Assembly (NCBI GenBank): GCA_002716355.1 | Contig: PBAU01000002.1 | Coordinates: 107,121 to 139,120, forward strand | DNA length: 32,000 nucleotides | Reading direction: 5' to 3' | Source: a bacterium | GTDB taxonomy: Bacteria > UBP7 > UBA6624 | Shown: piece after piece, positions 1 through 8,705 of the stretch | How positions within the stretch are numbered: the first letter of the stretch is position 1 | Layout: every line of letters begins with the position of its first letter | Notes under the pieces: generated by a model | What the model saw: only the letters and a program-made list of their open reading frames with translations | Told to the model about the DNA's origin: nothing | Databases searched by the model: none | Translations under genes and position numbers: made by a program

Positions 1-228
1 AATGCGTATCTTGGAGAGGCTGCAGGAAAATTCACAAGAACGCCAGCTGGCCATCCTGAAGGTTACCTCGAGGCTTTTGCAAACATTTACAGATGGTTTG
101 CCCGTTCGATACGGGGTGAGGAGAATGTTCCTGAATCGTATGCATCCATTGAGGATGGAGTCCGTGGGATCCGTTTCATCGAGGCTGCTATCGAATCATC
201 AGACAGTGAAACCTGGATTGATTTTTGA
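1..228 (+). CDS. Gfo/Idh/MocA-family oxidoreductase, C-terminal fragment (5' end lies outside the window)
   Basis: Frame +1 is open from base 1 to the TGA at 226-228. It reads ...TPAGHPEGYLEAFANIYRWFARSIRGE...GVRGIRFIEAAIESSDSETWIDF. The HPEGYxEAFANxY block is the C-terminal signature I associate with Gfo/Idh/MocA dehydrogenases. It is absent from the supplied ORF track because it has no start codon in the window. The listed frame +2 ORF 2..286 looks like a shadow of it. Confidence 0.55.
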   Translation, partial: NAYLGEAAGKFTRTPAGHPEGYLEAFANIYRWFARSIRGEENVPESYASIEDGVRGIRFIEAAIESSDSETWIDF

Positions 229-1364
229 TTGTGAAAAATTCTTATTTCCTACTTTTTTTAGTCATTGTTTTTTCAGGTTGTCTTAAAACCACTAAAGGAT
301 CAGAAGCTCCTCGCATTGTCGAGCAAACCCTTAAGTCTGAATTGTCACCCTGGGAAGAGGATCAGATGTTGACGCAATTGAATACAAGGGATCTCTTAAG
401 GAGAAAAATGTCTGAGCCTCTTGCTTACGAGCTTTTGGCAAGGCCGAACATCCCGCAAGAAAAACATCGTGACGCAATCAACTATCTTAAAGACATCAAC
501 AATGCAAACTTTGGGGATGAGGTCATCAATGCCAGCATACTATTAAGCGAACGTGGGGTTGCATTGGCCCATCTTGGGGTGCTTCTCATGGAGGCCGAAG
601 AGCTTGATTTTGACAAAACATGGGATGCCATAGGTAAACTTTATACAGATGAAACCCTGACCGCCTATCTTTTTGCCGGACTTCTTCTTTCGGATTACGA
701 CACTGCGAAAAACGCAATAGAGAAAGAAGAGGATGGTGTGTTCATACTGATCAGCTCAACATCCTTGGTTCCTGACGGTGAGGTCCGTAATAAGTTAACG
801 AATTATGCTATCGCCATTCTTTCAGATGCGGAAACAGATGATTTGGATATTCTTGAGGCTGGTATTTTGGCTATGAAGGACAATGAATACGGCCTTGACA
901 TTATGAGGGATTCGTTGATGGCAACTGCAGAAAACCATTCTTCAATAAATATCAGGTTTGCTGCGCTTGAGGCTCTTGGAAATGAAGTAGAAACAATCGA
1001 AATGAAAGCCATTCCGGTAATGAAGTACGACGTCAACTCTTTTTCCGTAAAGCCAGGCCAGCCTGTCAGGATCATCTTAAAGAACGAAGAGTCGATGCCA
1101 CATAATGTTGTTATTATTGAACCAGGATCCTTTCCAGACAAAATCATTGAAGAGCTTGCCGACCTGTATGGCTCTGCAGATGCTTCAGGTTTGGATTACA
1201 TCCCACAAACTGACACGGTTCTTTTCCATACTGCAATGATAAATGTTGACGAGTCTACAGAATTGCTGTTTTTTGCACCTGAGGATGAAGGTGTTTACCC
1301 TTATCTATGCACTTATCCAGGTCATTGGGCAACCATGAACGGCATCATGGAAGTCAAGAATTAA
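225..1364 (+). CDS. Lipoprotein with a helical-repeat (HEAT-like) N-terminal region and a C-terminal azurin-type cupredoxin (type-1 copper) domain
   Basis: The N-terminus MIVKNSYFLLFLVIVFSGC looks like a signal peptide with a lipobox-like FSGC. The start is TTG 225 or GTG 231. The C-terminal ~120 aa carry SMPHNVVII (His ligand) and YLCTYPGHWATMNG (Cys at 1308-1310, then x4-His-x3-Met), which is the azurin ligand spacing. Confidence 0.7.
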   Translation: MIVKNSYFLLFLVIVFSGCLKTTKGSEAPRIVEQTLKSELSPWEEDQMLTQLNTRDLLRRKMSEPLAYELLARPNIPQEKHRDAINYLKDINNANFGDEVINASILLSERGVALAHLGVLLMEAEELDFDKTWDAIGKLYTDETLTAYLFAGLLLSDYDTAKNAIEKEEDGVFILISSTSLVPDGEVRNKLTNYAIAILSDAETDDLDILEAGILAMKDNEYGLDIMRDSLMATAENHSSINIRFAALEALGNEVETIEMKAIPVMKYDVNSFSVKPGQPVRIILKNEESMPHNVVIIEPGSFPDKIIEELADLYGSADASGLDYIPQTDTVLFHTAMINVDESTELLFFAPEDEGVYPYLCTYPGHWATMNGIMEVKN

Positions 1365-1533
1365 TTCAATTCACATTGGTTGCACAAACCATGTATCTCA
1401 ACATTCCAACTTGAAGGAGTGAATGTTTTGCTTGCTGTATTTGTTTTCAGCATTTTGGGCAGATCATGGACAATTTCTAATTTTATGAATTACTATCGAC
1501 AAAAAACCAAATAAATAAAGGCGTTTTCTTGCA

Positions 1534-2175
1534 TCAATCAACAAAAGGTATAAAGTTTGGAAGACAGTCAACCTCAAATGCCTGAGGGCTTGATGATCTA
1601 GCACATTTATCTCCATATTTGCTGACCTGCATGGCGATATAAGCTAGGTCCAATGTTTTCCATAGTATCAAAATCAGGATGATCAATCCAACAAATTTAC
1701 TCAAAATGCTTTCTTTTTTTTGTATTGATGTTGGGTATAGGGTTTCTTCTTGTTTCCTTATACTTTTTACGTCAGCGCCTTTTTCAAACATTGACAATGT
1801 GATTCCAATCCGGTTGTTTGTATAGTTCCATTGCGCTTGAAAGTTTTTCTTTTTTTCAGTGGAGGCGCCCAGATCTCTGAGGCTGGTTGAAATGTCAAGT
1901 AGTTGTTTGATGCCTTTTGCCACTATGCTGGCTCTCTCATCATTGCCACCAATTGTCAATGCCACCGGAATGAGGTTTTTTGCAATCCAATCCTTTTCCC
2001 TCATAAAGGAGCTCTCCTCGTCTGTGTTTGTTTCTGGCATATCATGAGCTCCAGCACAAAGCAGCCAGGGTTCAGCTATTGTTCTTATCCTCTTCCAGTG
2101 TAGCTGGAAATCTTCGAGATTTTGTAATGCTTTTTTTGTTATTTTTTGTTTACTTTTCATGGAATAATAAAACAC
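1534..2175 (-). CDS. Hypothetical protein with a single C-terminal transmembrane helix (tail-anchored)
   Basis: ORF of 213 aa with an alternative ATG at 2160 (MKSKQK...). The hydrophobic stretch FVGLIILILILW lies near the C-terminus. It overlaps the 3' end of the upstream TPR gene, so it is probably co-transcribed. I recognise no family motif. Confidence 0.45.
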   Translation of the reverse strand: MFYYSMKSKQKITKKALQNLEDFQLHWKRIRTIAEPWLLCAGAHDMPETNTDEESSFMREKDWIAKNLIPVALTIGGNDERASIVAKGIKQLLDISTSLRDLGASTEKKKNFQAQWNYTNNRIGITLSMFEKGADVKSIRKQEETLYPTSIQKKESILSKFVGLIILILILWKTLDLAYIAMQVSKYGDKCARSSSPQAFEVDCLPNFIPFVD

Positions 2176-2671
2176 TTAGATTTTCCGCTGCTCCTGGAAA
2201 ATCAGAGTCCTCCTTAACAACCATTTTAAGAAACTTTATTGCATCTTTTGATCTGTCAGTTTTTGCATAAATTATTGACATGTCGTGAAGCGTGTGGATG
2301 TGGTTTGGTTTTATTTTCAAAACTTTGTCAAACATGCTTTCTGCATCCTTGAGATCTCCCTCCGAAAGAGAGAGTTTTCCAATATGGTAAAGGCATGTTG
2401 CCCTGGTGTTCGATTCAGTTTTTTTGCTCAGATCGAATGCAGTTTTGAAGCTTTGTTTTGCGGTAGGGTTGTTAGACCAGTATTGCGCCAAGCCCAACAT
2501 CATCCAGGACTCAGATGATTTTGGATTTTCATCAGTTAGGACCTGTGATAGATCCATAATCTGTTTAAGTAGCTCCAATTGGTTTTCAGCATCACCTTTC
2601 TCAAGTGATAGAAGCATTTTCCTTGCAAGTCCAATCTGCTCTTTATAAGAGTTGTTTTTTTTATCACTCAT
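2150..2671 (-). CDS. TPR-repeat protein
   Basis: 173 aa with repeated 34-aa-like helical units (WMMLGLAQYWSNNPTAKQSFKTAFDL; LYHIGKLSLSEGDLKDAESMFDKVLKIKPNH; LHDMSIIYAKTDRSKDAIKFLKMVV). Its start overlaps the maeB stop by 8 nt. Confidence 0.6.
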   Translation of the reverse strand: MSDKKNNSYKEQIGLARKMLLSLEKGDAENQLELLKQIMDLSQVLTDENPKSSESWMMLGLAQYWSNNPTAKQSFKTAFDLSKKTESNTRATCLYHIGKLSLSEGDLKDAESMFDKVLKIKPNHIHTLHDMSIIYAKTDRSKDAIKFLKMVVKEDSDFPGAAENLSVLLFHEK

Positions 2672-4922
2672 ATTCTTGAGCGGCAGCTAATGCAGCGAGT
2701 TCGACAACTTGCCCAACGCCACAATGCCTCTCAAGAACATGAACAGGATGTTTCATGCCCAGCAATATAGGCCCAACCAAATGAGCCTCTCCTAAAGATT
2801 GTAACAACTTGTAAGATATGTTTGCACTGTCTAAATCTGGACATACAAGAACGTTTACCCTGGATTCATTTGCAAGCGGTGAGAATGGATATGTCTTTTT
2901 GATGATTTTTGTATTCAGGGCAACATCAGCTTGCATCTCTCCATCAGCAGGTATTTCAGGCCATTTGTTCCTGAACAACCTTAAAGCTGCTTGAATCCTT
3001 GCAGCTTCCTCATCCGGACTTGATCCAAAGCTGGCGTGACTCAAGAATGCAACCACAGGATCCAAGCCTATTGATTCTGCAAGATCGGCAAGCAGTTTTC
3101 CTGATTCCGCCAAATCTTTTTTGGATGGCTTTATGCCTATGGTTGCATCTCCAAGAACGATTGGAGATATGTTTTCATTATTTGGAATTATCACATAAGC
3201 CCCTATTGCATGTTCTACCTCTTTTGCTGTAGGCAGAATTTGGAATAATGGTATCAGAGAATGCCTGTAATAAAGATTTTGTCCAACAACCAATCCATGT
3301 GCGTTACCGAGACGAAGGTGCATTGCTCCAAAAATGACAGGCCTTTTTATTCTTTTGTCGGCTTCTTTTTTCGTCAAGCCTTTTCTTCTCCTGAGTTCCA
3401 GGTATTTTTTTGCATACTCTTTTCTATCAGGGTGCTTTACTGGATCTAGTATTTCCATAGCCGAGATATCAACCTTGGATTGTTCAGCGGCAGCTTGAAT
3501 TTTTTTAGTATTTCCTACAAGAACTGGTTTTGCTAAAGCATCTCCAAGCAGTATCTCAGCAGCTTGCAAAATTACAGGCTCATCACCCTCGGGGAAAATA
3601 ATCTTCCTTCCTTTGCGTGCTGCATTTTTAAATATTGGTTTAAGAATCCTTCGACTCGGCTCTATTTTTCTTTGAAGCATGTATACGTATGTGTCAATAT
3701 CAATATGTTTTCTTGCGACTTTAGTTTCTATTGCTGCTCTTGCAACAGCTGGAGCAACATGGTAAAGAACCCTTCTGTCTGTTGGTTTTGGGATTACATA
3801 ATCTGGTCCAAAAGCAAGATCCGCCATTCCGTAAGCATCTTTCACCTCTTTTGTTACTGAGTTTCTTGCTAATTCTGCTAAAGCCTCGCTCGCTGCAACC
3901 ATCATCTCATTATTTATTGCTTTAGCAGCTACATCAAGTGCACCTCTAAATATGAAAGGGAAACCCAAAACATTGTTAACCTGATTTGGGAAATCAGATC
4001 TGCCTGTTCCAACAATAGCATCCGGCCTTGTTTTTTTGGCAAGGTCGTAAGGGATTTCAGGGTCTGGATTAGCCATAGCAAATATTATTGGATTCTTGTT
4101 CATTTTTTTAATCATGTCAGGCGTAACGGTATCCCTTACAGAAACCCCAAGGAAGCAGTCTGCACCATCTAAAGCATCCGCTAATGTTCTTTTATCTGTT
4201 TTTATTGCAAATTCATTTTTGTATTTATTCATGCCATCTTTTCTTCCAGTGTATACAACACCTCTCGAGTCAACAAGTATTATTTTCTCTTTCTTGTGCC
4301 CTAGATGGCAAAGCAGCCTGCCCATGGCAATGCCAGCAGCCCCAGCTCCGGATATGACTGTAGTTAAATCTCCCCATGTTCGATTTGTTAGAGTCAAGCT
4401 GTTGATTACAGCTGCGCCAGTAATGATTGCTGTTCCCCATTGGTCATCATGGAAAACCGGTATATTCAGTTTTTCTTTTAGCTTTTCTTCAACCTCAAAA
4501 CATTCGGGAGCCTTGATATCTTCGAGGTTTATACCACCAAAAGTTGGCTCCAATGCTTGTGTAACATTAATGATTTCTTCTGATGTTTTGGCATTAATTT
4601 CAATATCAAATGCATCAACATTAGCAAATTTTTTAAACAAAACCGCCTTTCCTTCACCAACTGGTTTAAAAGCTTCAGGTCCAATGTTTCCCAAACCAAG
4701 AACGGCAGTACCATTAGATAAAACAGCAACTAGATTTGCTTTATTTGTATATTGGTAAACATCCTGTTTGTTTTTATGTATTTTTAGACAGGGTTCTGCT
4801 ACACCAGGGGAGTAAGCAAGCGTTAAGTCATCCTGGGTCAAACAGGGTTTTGTAACTTTTATCTCAGTTTTCCCCGGTTTGGGGTTTTTATGGTAATTTA
4901 AGGCCTCGTCTTTTAGAGACAT
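2664..4922 (-). CDS. maeB: NADP-dependent malic enzyme (malic enzyme domain plus C-terminal phosphotransacetylase-like domain)
   Basis: 752 aa. The N-terminus ALNYHKNPKPGKTEIKVTKPCLTQDDLTLAYSPGVAEPC and the block FHDDQWGTAIITGAAVIN...ISGAGAAGIA are typical of MaeB. The C-terminal ~330 aa are PTA-like (DLDSANISYKLLQ). Confidence 0.9.
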   Translation of the reverse strand: MSLKDEALNYHKNPKPGKTEIKVTKPCLTQDDLTLAYSPGVAEPCLKIHKNKQDVYQYTNKANLVAVLSNGTAVLGLGNIGPEAFKPVGEGKAVLFKKFANVDAFDIEINAKTSEEIINVTQALEPTFGGINLEDIKAPECFEVEEKLKEKLNIPVFHDDQWGTAIITGAAVINSLTLTNRTWGDLTTVISGAGAAGIAMGRLLCHLGHKKEKIILVDSRGVVYTGRKDGMNKYKNEFAIKTDKRTLADALDGADCFLGVSVRDTVTPDMIKKMNKNPIIFAMANPDPEIPYDLAKKTRPDAIVGTGRSDFPNQVNNVLGFPFIFRGALDVAAKAINNEMMVAASEALAELARNSVTKEVKDAYGMADLAFGPDYVIPKPTDRRVLYHVAPAVARAAIETKVARKHIDIDTYVYMLQRKIEPSRRILKPIFKNAARKGRKIIFPEGDEPVILQAAEILLGDALAKPVLVGNTKKIQAAAEQSKVDISAMEILDPVKHPDRKEYAKKYLELRRRKGLTKKEADKRIKRPVIFGAMHLRLGNAHGLVVGQNLYYRHSLIPLFQILPTAKEVEHAIGAYVIIPNNENISPIVLGDATIGIKPSKKDLAESGKLLADLAESIGLDPVVAFLSHASFGSSPDEEAARIQAALRLFRNKWPEIPADGEMQADVALNTKIIKKTYPFSPLANESRVNVLVCPDLDSANISYKLLQSLGEAHLVGPILLGMKHPVHVLERHCGVGQVVELAALAAAQEYE

Positions 4923-4976
4923 GATTGTCCAATTCTAGTATTAGTAATATGATTAACGGTTAAACTCAGAAAGAAA

Positions 4977-6722
4977 ATGAATTCAAGTAGTAAAAAAAGC
5001 GATAATCGATTAAAAATTTTCATTAATTTATTAAAACCTCATTGGAAATCCTTATCTTTAGGTATTTTTATCCTTTTAGTTTTAGACGTGATTCAGGTTT
5101 TATTGCCCTTGGTGACAAAAGAGGTTATTGACAGGATTGAACAAGGTAACTGGGATAACGAAACAACCATACAGGTATTTTGGGTATTTTTGATTGCAGG
5201 AATAGCCACATTGGTTTTAAGGTATTCTTGGCGAGTGTTGATATTCGGAGCATCAAGAAAGGTCGAACGAGATCTTAGGAAAAAGCTTTATGAACGATTG
5301 ACGGGGGTTCCAATGAAGTTTTATGACAAGGTTCAGATTGGAGACCTTATGGGTAGGGCCAGTAATGATATCGAAGCTGTCAGGAATATGTCTGGGATCT
5401 TAGTGATTTGTGCATTTGACGGTATAGTTTGGGGCGTCTTAACGATTGGATTTATGTTTTCGTTAGATTGGCATTTGACGCTTGCAGTCTTGGTCCCATT
5501 CCCATTGATAGTTATTTTTACAAGATATATGGGACAGGCTTTTCATAAGCAGTTTAAATTAGTTCAGGAAGCATTTAGCAAGCTTTCTGCACATGTAGAA
5601 CAGGCTGCAGGTGGCATCCTTGCTTTAAAAGGCTTTCGCCAGGAGTTTGGCGAAGCCAGACTTTTAACTTCGAAAGCAAACGATGTAAAAAATGAAGGTT
5701 TCAAGCTTGCAAATTTAGATGCCTGGTTTGAGCCTGTTTTTAGGGTTGCTGCAGGTATAGGCATCACTGTTTTAATCATTTATGGAGGAGGACGGGTTAT
5801 TTCTGGCTATCTAACAGTTGGGGATTTAGCTGCTTTTTTGCAATATTTTAATTATCTCGTTTGGCCTTTTATGGCGTTAGGTTTCATGGTTAACCTTTAT
5901 CAAAGAGGTACTGCCAGTTTGATGAGGATACAAGAGATGATTGACGAACCTCAGGAGTTGAGGCCCGAAGGCTTTAAACCACAGGTGATTGACATTGAAT
6001 TTAAGAATATGTCTTTTTTGTACTCTGAAGAAAATAATGTTTTAAAGCAGATATCTTTTAAGCTTAAAGAGGGAGAAAAATTAGCGATTGTTGGACCTAC
6101 AGGATGTGGTAAATCAACGATTTTTAAATTGATTACAGCTCTTTATTCTGCAAAGGAAAAAACTATATTAATCAATAATCAAGATATTGAAAACATCAAT
6201 AAAGATTCTTGGAGGAGCATGATTGCTTGGTCTCCACAGGATCCAGTAACATTTTCAGAAACAATTAGATACAACCTTGATCTCGGCAAAAATATAGATG
6301 ATGACAGGTTGTGGGAATCTTTGAAGATTGCCGCTTTGGATTCTGATGTTGAAAAAATGTCAGGAAAGTTAGATTCAAAAGTCGGGGAAAGAGGTATTTC
6401 GCTATCAGGAGGGCAAAGGCAAAGACTTGCTCTTGCAAGAGCGATATGCCAAGATAGAAAATTAATATTGCTGGATGATGCTTTAAGCGCTGTTGATGCG
6501 GAAACTGAGTCAAAAATACTCATTAACCTCATCGATGTCATTAAAGATAAAACAGTTATTGTTTCTACACACAGAATATCTTCAATCTTTTCTTTTGACA
6601 AGGTTTTGCTTCTTTCCAAGGACGGAAGCATGGAGGCTTGTGATAAGCCAGACAGGCTCCTCAAGGAGAATAGAAAGTTTGCTCAAATGTGGAAGTTAAG
6701 CCAAGGAGAGAGTGTCAAATGA
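4977..6722 (+). CDS. ABC exporter permease/ATPase half-transporter (type I exporter fold); NBD with a degenerate Walker B
   Basis: 581 aa with an N-terminal 6-TM domain. Walker A is GPTGCGKST and the signature is LSGGQRQRLALARA. Walker B is ILLDDA, with Asp (6477-6479) where the catalytic Glu normally sits. Confidence 0.9.
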   Translation: MNSSSKKSDNRLKIFINLLKPHWKSLSLGIFILLVLDVIQVLLPLVTKEVIDRIEQGNWDNETTIQVFWVFLIAGIATLVLRYSWRVLIFGASRKVERDLRKKLYERLTGVPMKFYDKVQIGDLMGRASNDIEAVRNMSGILVICAFDGIVWGVLTIGFMFSLDWHLTLAVLVPFPLIVIFTRYMGQAFHKQFKLVQEAFSKLSAHVEQAAGGILALKGFRQEFGEARLLTSKANDVKNEGFKLANLDAWFEPVFRVAAGIGITVLIIYGGGRVISGYLTVGDLAAFLQYFNYLVWPFMALGFMVNLYQRGTASLMRIQEMIDEPQELRPEGFKPQVIDIEFKNMSFLYSEENNVLKQISFKLKEGEKLAIVGPTGCGKSTIFKLITALYSAKEKTILINNQDIENINKDSWRSMIAWSPQDPVTFSETIRYNLDLGKNIDDDRLWESLKIAALDSDVEKMSGKLDSKVGERGISLSGGQRQRLALARAICQDRKLILLDDALSAVDAETESKILINLIDVIKDKTVIVSTHRISSIFSFDKVLLLSKDGSMEACDKPDRLLKENRKFAQMWKLSQGESVK

Positions 6723-8506
6723 GAGGAATGAGCACGCTTGATACAGGCGATGTGCCTGTAGTGCCACAGATGACTTTGCTGAAATGGCTTTGGGATAGGG
6801 TAAAGCACCATAAAAAGAAAATTATCGGTATTGTCTTTGCGTTAGTTGGCCTTGTCTCAACAACAGTTTTTCAACCCTTGTTGATAAGAGAGCTGATTGA
6901 TAAGCATTTAGTTGTTGGAGCCAATGCTTCAAGTAGCGAAATATTGGTGATTGGACTCAAGTATTTAATTTTGGTCTTGTTGGCTTTTTATTTAAGTTGG
7001 TGGACCACAAGGAGCTTAGGAAGGCTGGCCAATGAGGTCATGTATGAATTAAGACGAGACTTGTTTAATCGTCTGGTCAGCTTAAAGGTTTCATTTTTTG
7101 AAAAAACCCCTGTTGGTGTAATAGTTCACAGGGTTAGCAATGACGTTCAATCAATCAGCGACTTGTTCACACAAGTATTAACAACCCTCATTAGCGATTT
7201 ATTCTTGATTGTTGGTGTAACTATTGCGATGATCAAAATTGCTCCATCAGTTTCTATGTGGGTTCTCATTCCCTTGCCCATAATAGTGGCAATCATGCCA
7301 ACTTTTTCCAGGTGGGTCTTTAAGCTTTTTGACATAATTAGGAATAGATCAACTGAAATGATCATTTCGCTCAACGAGATATTAAGAGGCTTGGGTCTCT
7401 TGAGGGCTTTTAATTCAGAAAAGGAAACCGATGAGAAATATTTGGAGTTAAATCAGAAAACATATGTTGCACATATGGACAGCATTAAGTCATTCAGTTT
7501 GTTTGACCCATTTGTGTCATTGTGTTTTTACTTCTCAATGGCAATTTTATTTTTAAAAGGAATCCCATTAATTAATGTAGATTCTGGGATTACTGTTGGG
7601 GTGCTAATAGCAATGTTAAGTTATACAAAATCACTTTACCAGCCCATGCATGATATTGCACACAAGATTCATCTTATCCAAAGCAGCCTTGCTGGAGTTG
7701 GGAAGGTGCATTGGTTGATGAACATCAACGATCCAGATGAGTGGAATCATTCCGAAAAGCAAATCAATCCATGGCCCTTGGAGGGAAGCTTTAAATCAGA
7801 AAATCTTGTTTTTGGATACACGGAAGACAAAACAATTATTGATGGAATAGATTTTGAACTCAACAAAGGAAAAAAATTAGCTATTGTTGGTTCAACGGGA
7901 GCAGGAAAATCAACATTGGTTAAATTGCTAATGGCATATTATTCACCAAAACAGGGCAGGATATTTGCAGGTAAGCATTCACACTTTGATGCAAATCTTG
8001 ATTCATGGCGCAAGGGAATTGCATTTTTGCCGCAAGAGGTGACACTGTTCAATCGTTCCATATTGGACAATATACGATTGCATCAAGACATTCCAAAAGA
8101 AAAGATAGAAAACATTATTAAGACGTTGGGCTTCGAAGACAGGATCAACTCAATGAAACATGGTTTGGAGACTGTTTTAGCAGAAGGGGGAAAGGATCTT
8201 TCTCTAGGTGAGCGACAATTGATATCAATCGCTAGAGCTCTTGTTTTTGATCCTGAGGTTTTGGTTCTTGATGAGGCAACAAGTTCCATTGATCCTGAAT
8301 TAGAGCTAACAGTCAATAAGGCCATTAACAAGTTGTTGCAAGGAAGAACAGGAATCATTATTGCTCATAGACTTTCAACGGTAAGGCAGGCTGATGAGAT
8401 ATTAGTTATTGATCAAGGAAAAATTAAAGAAAGAGGGACGCATGACCAGTTGATGAAAAAGAAAGGCCAGTATTATTATTTGATTCGTTTGCAAATGGAA
8501 AATTAA
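6719..8506 (+). CDS. ABC exporter permease/ATPase half-transporter, partner of the upstream gene; canonical Walker B, degenerate signature
   Basis: The ATG at 6719 forms an ATGA overlap with the upstream stop (the track's longest ORF starts at 6689). Walker A is GSTGAGKST and Walker B is LVLDEATSSID. The signature motif is LSLGERQ (8198-8218) instead of LSGGQ. Confidence 0.9.
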   Translation: MRGMSTLDTGDVPVVPQMTLLKWLWDRVKHHKKKIIGIVFALVGLVSTTVFQPLLIRELIDKHLVVGANASSSEILVIGLKYLILVLLAFYLSWWTTRSLGRLANEVMYELRRDLFNRLVSLKVSFFEKTPVGVIVHRVSNDVQSISDLFTQVLTTLISDLFLIVGVTIAMIKIAPSVSMWVLIPLPIIVAIMPTFSRWVFKLFDIIRNRSTEMIISLNEILRGLGLLRAFNSEKETDEKYLELNQKTYVAHMDSIKSFSLFDPFVSLCFYFSMAILFLKGIPLINVDSGITVGVLIAMLSYTKSLYQPMHDIAHKIHLIQSSLAGVGKVHWLMNINDPDEWNHSEKQINPWPLEGSFKSENLVFGYTEDKTIIDGIDFELNKGKKLAIVGSTGAGKSTLVKLLMAYYSPKQGRIFAGKHSHFDANLDSWRKGIAFLPQEVTLFNRSILDNIRLHQDIPKEKIENIIKTLGFEDRINSMKHGLETVLAEGGKDLSLGERQLISIARALVFDPEVLVLDEATSSIDPELELTVNKAINKLLQGRTGIIIAHRLSTVRQADEILVIDQGKIKERGTHDQLMKKKGQYYYLIRLQMEN

Positions 8507-8589
8507 TGCCGGTGGAGGGACTCGAACCCCCACGCCCTAACGGACACTAGTTCCTAAGACTAGCGCGTCTACCATTCCGCCACACCGGC
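8507..8589 (-). tRNA. tRNA-Leu, anticodon UAG
   Basis: The reverse complement is GCCGGTGTGGCGGAATGGTAGACGCGCTAGTCTTAGGAACTAGTGTCCGTTAGGGCGTGGGGGTTCGAGTCCCTCCACCGGCA. It has a perfect 7-bp acceptor stem, an anticodon stem CTAGT/ACTAG with loop CTTAGGA, a long variable arm (class II) and a TTCGAGT T-loop. CCA is not encoded. Confidence 0.9.
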
Positions 8590-8645
8590 TTAATGATATA
8601 TCCTAATCAAATAAGAGGAAAAAGAGAGCTTTTTTCTAAAAAAAA

Positions 8646-8654
8646 TGATAAAAT
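8646..8654 (+). promoter_or_regulatory. Possible extended -10 promoter element (TGaTAAAAT) upstream of gyrA
   Basis: TGATAAAAT lies about 50 nt upstream of the gyrA ATG, in the only sizeable AT-rich spacer here. I found no convincing -35. This is pattern match only. Confidence 0.25.
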
Positions 8655-8705
8655 ATTAAAAACCAAAAATTCATTTAAATTGATGGTTTTTTAGCCCTAA
8701 AAAAT

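Noticed and set aside
2-286. Track ORF in frame +2 (94 aa, MRILERLQENSQ...)
   Set aside because: It has no recognisable motif. It also overlaps the frame +1 reading that gives a convincing Gfo/Idh/MocA C-terminus ending at 228, and it overlaps the lipoprotein start at 225/231. I treat it as a shadow ORF.
1400-1427. Hairpin AACATTC-(14 nt)-GAATGTT between the convergent genes at 1364 and 1534, considered as a terminator
   Set aside because: It has a 7-bp AT-rich stem, an oversized loop and no clean U-tract. It is too weak to call.
4096-4758. 220-aa ORF antisense to maeB, plus similar long antisense or off-frame ORFs (803..1147, 6179..6664, 10577..10969, 20407..20799, 24365..24811, 26594..26986, 29012..29491)
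   Set aside because: Each lies entirely inside a gene with strong family motifs on the opposite strand or in another frame. Their products are low-complexity (Ser/Leu/Phe-rich) with no motifs. These are typical shadow ORFs in AT-rich DNA.
8507-8589. tRNA-Leu and tRNA-Gln (26223-26293), considered as integration sites flanking a genomic island
   Set aside because: There is no integrase, recombinase or phage gene anywhere in the window. I also could not find a direct repeat of either tRNA 3' end downstream.
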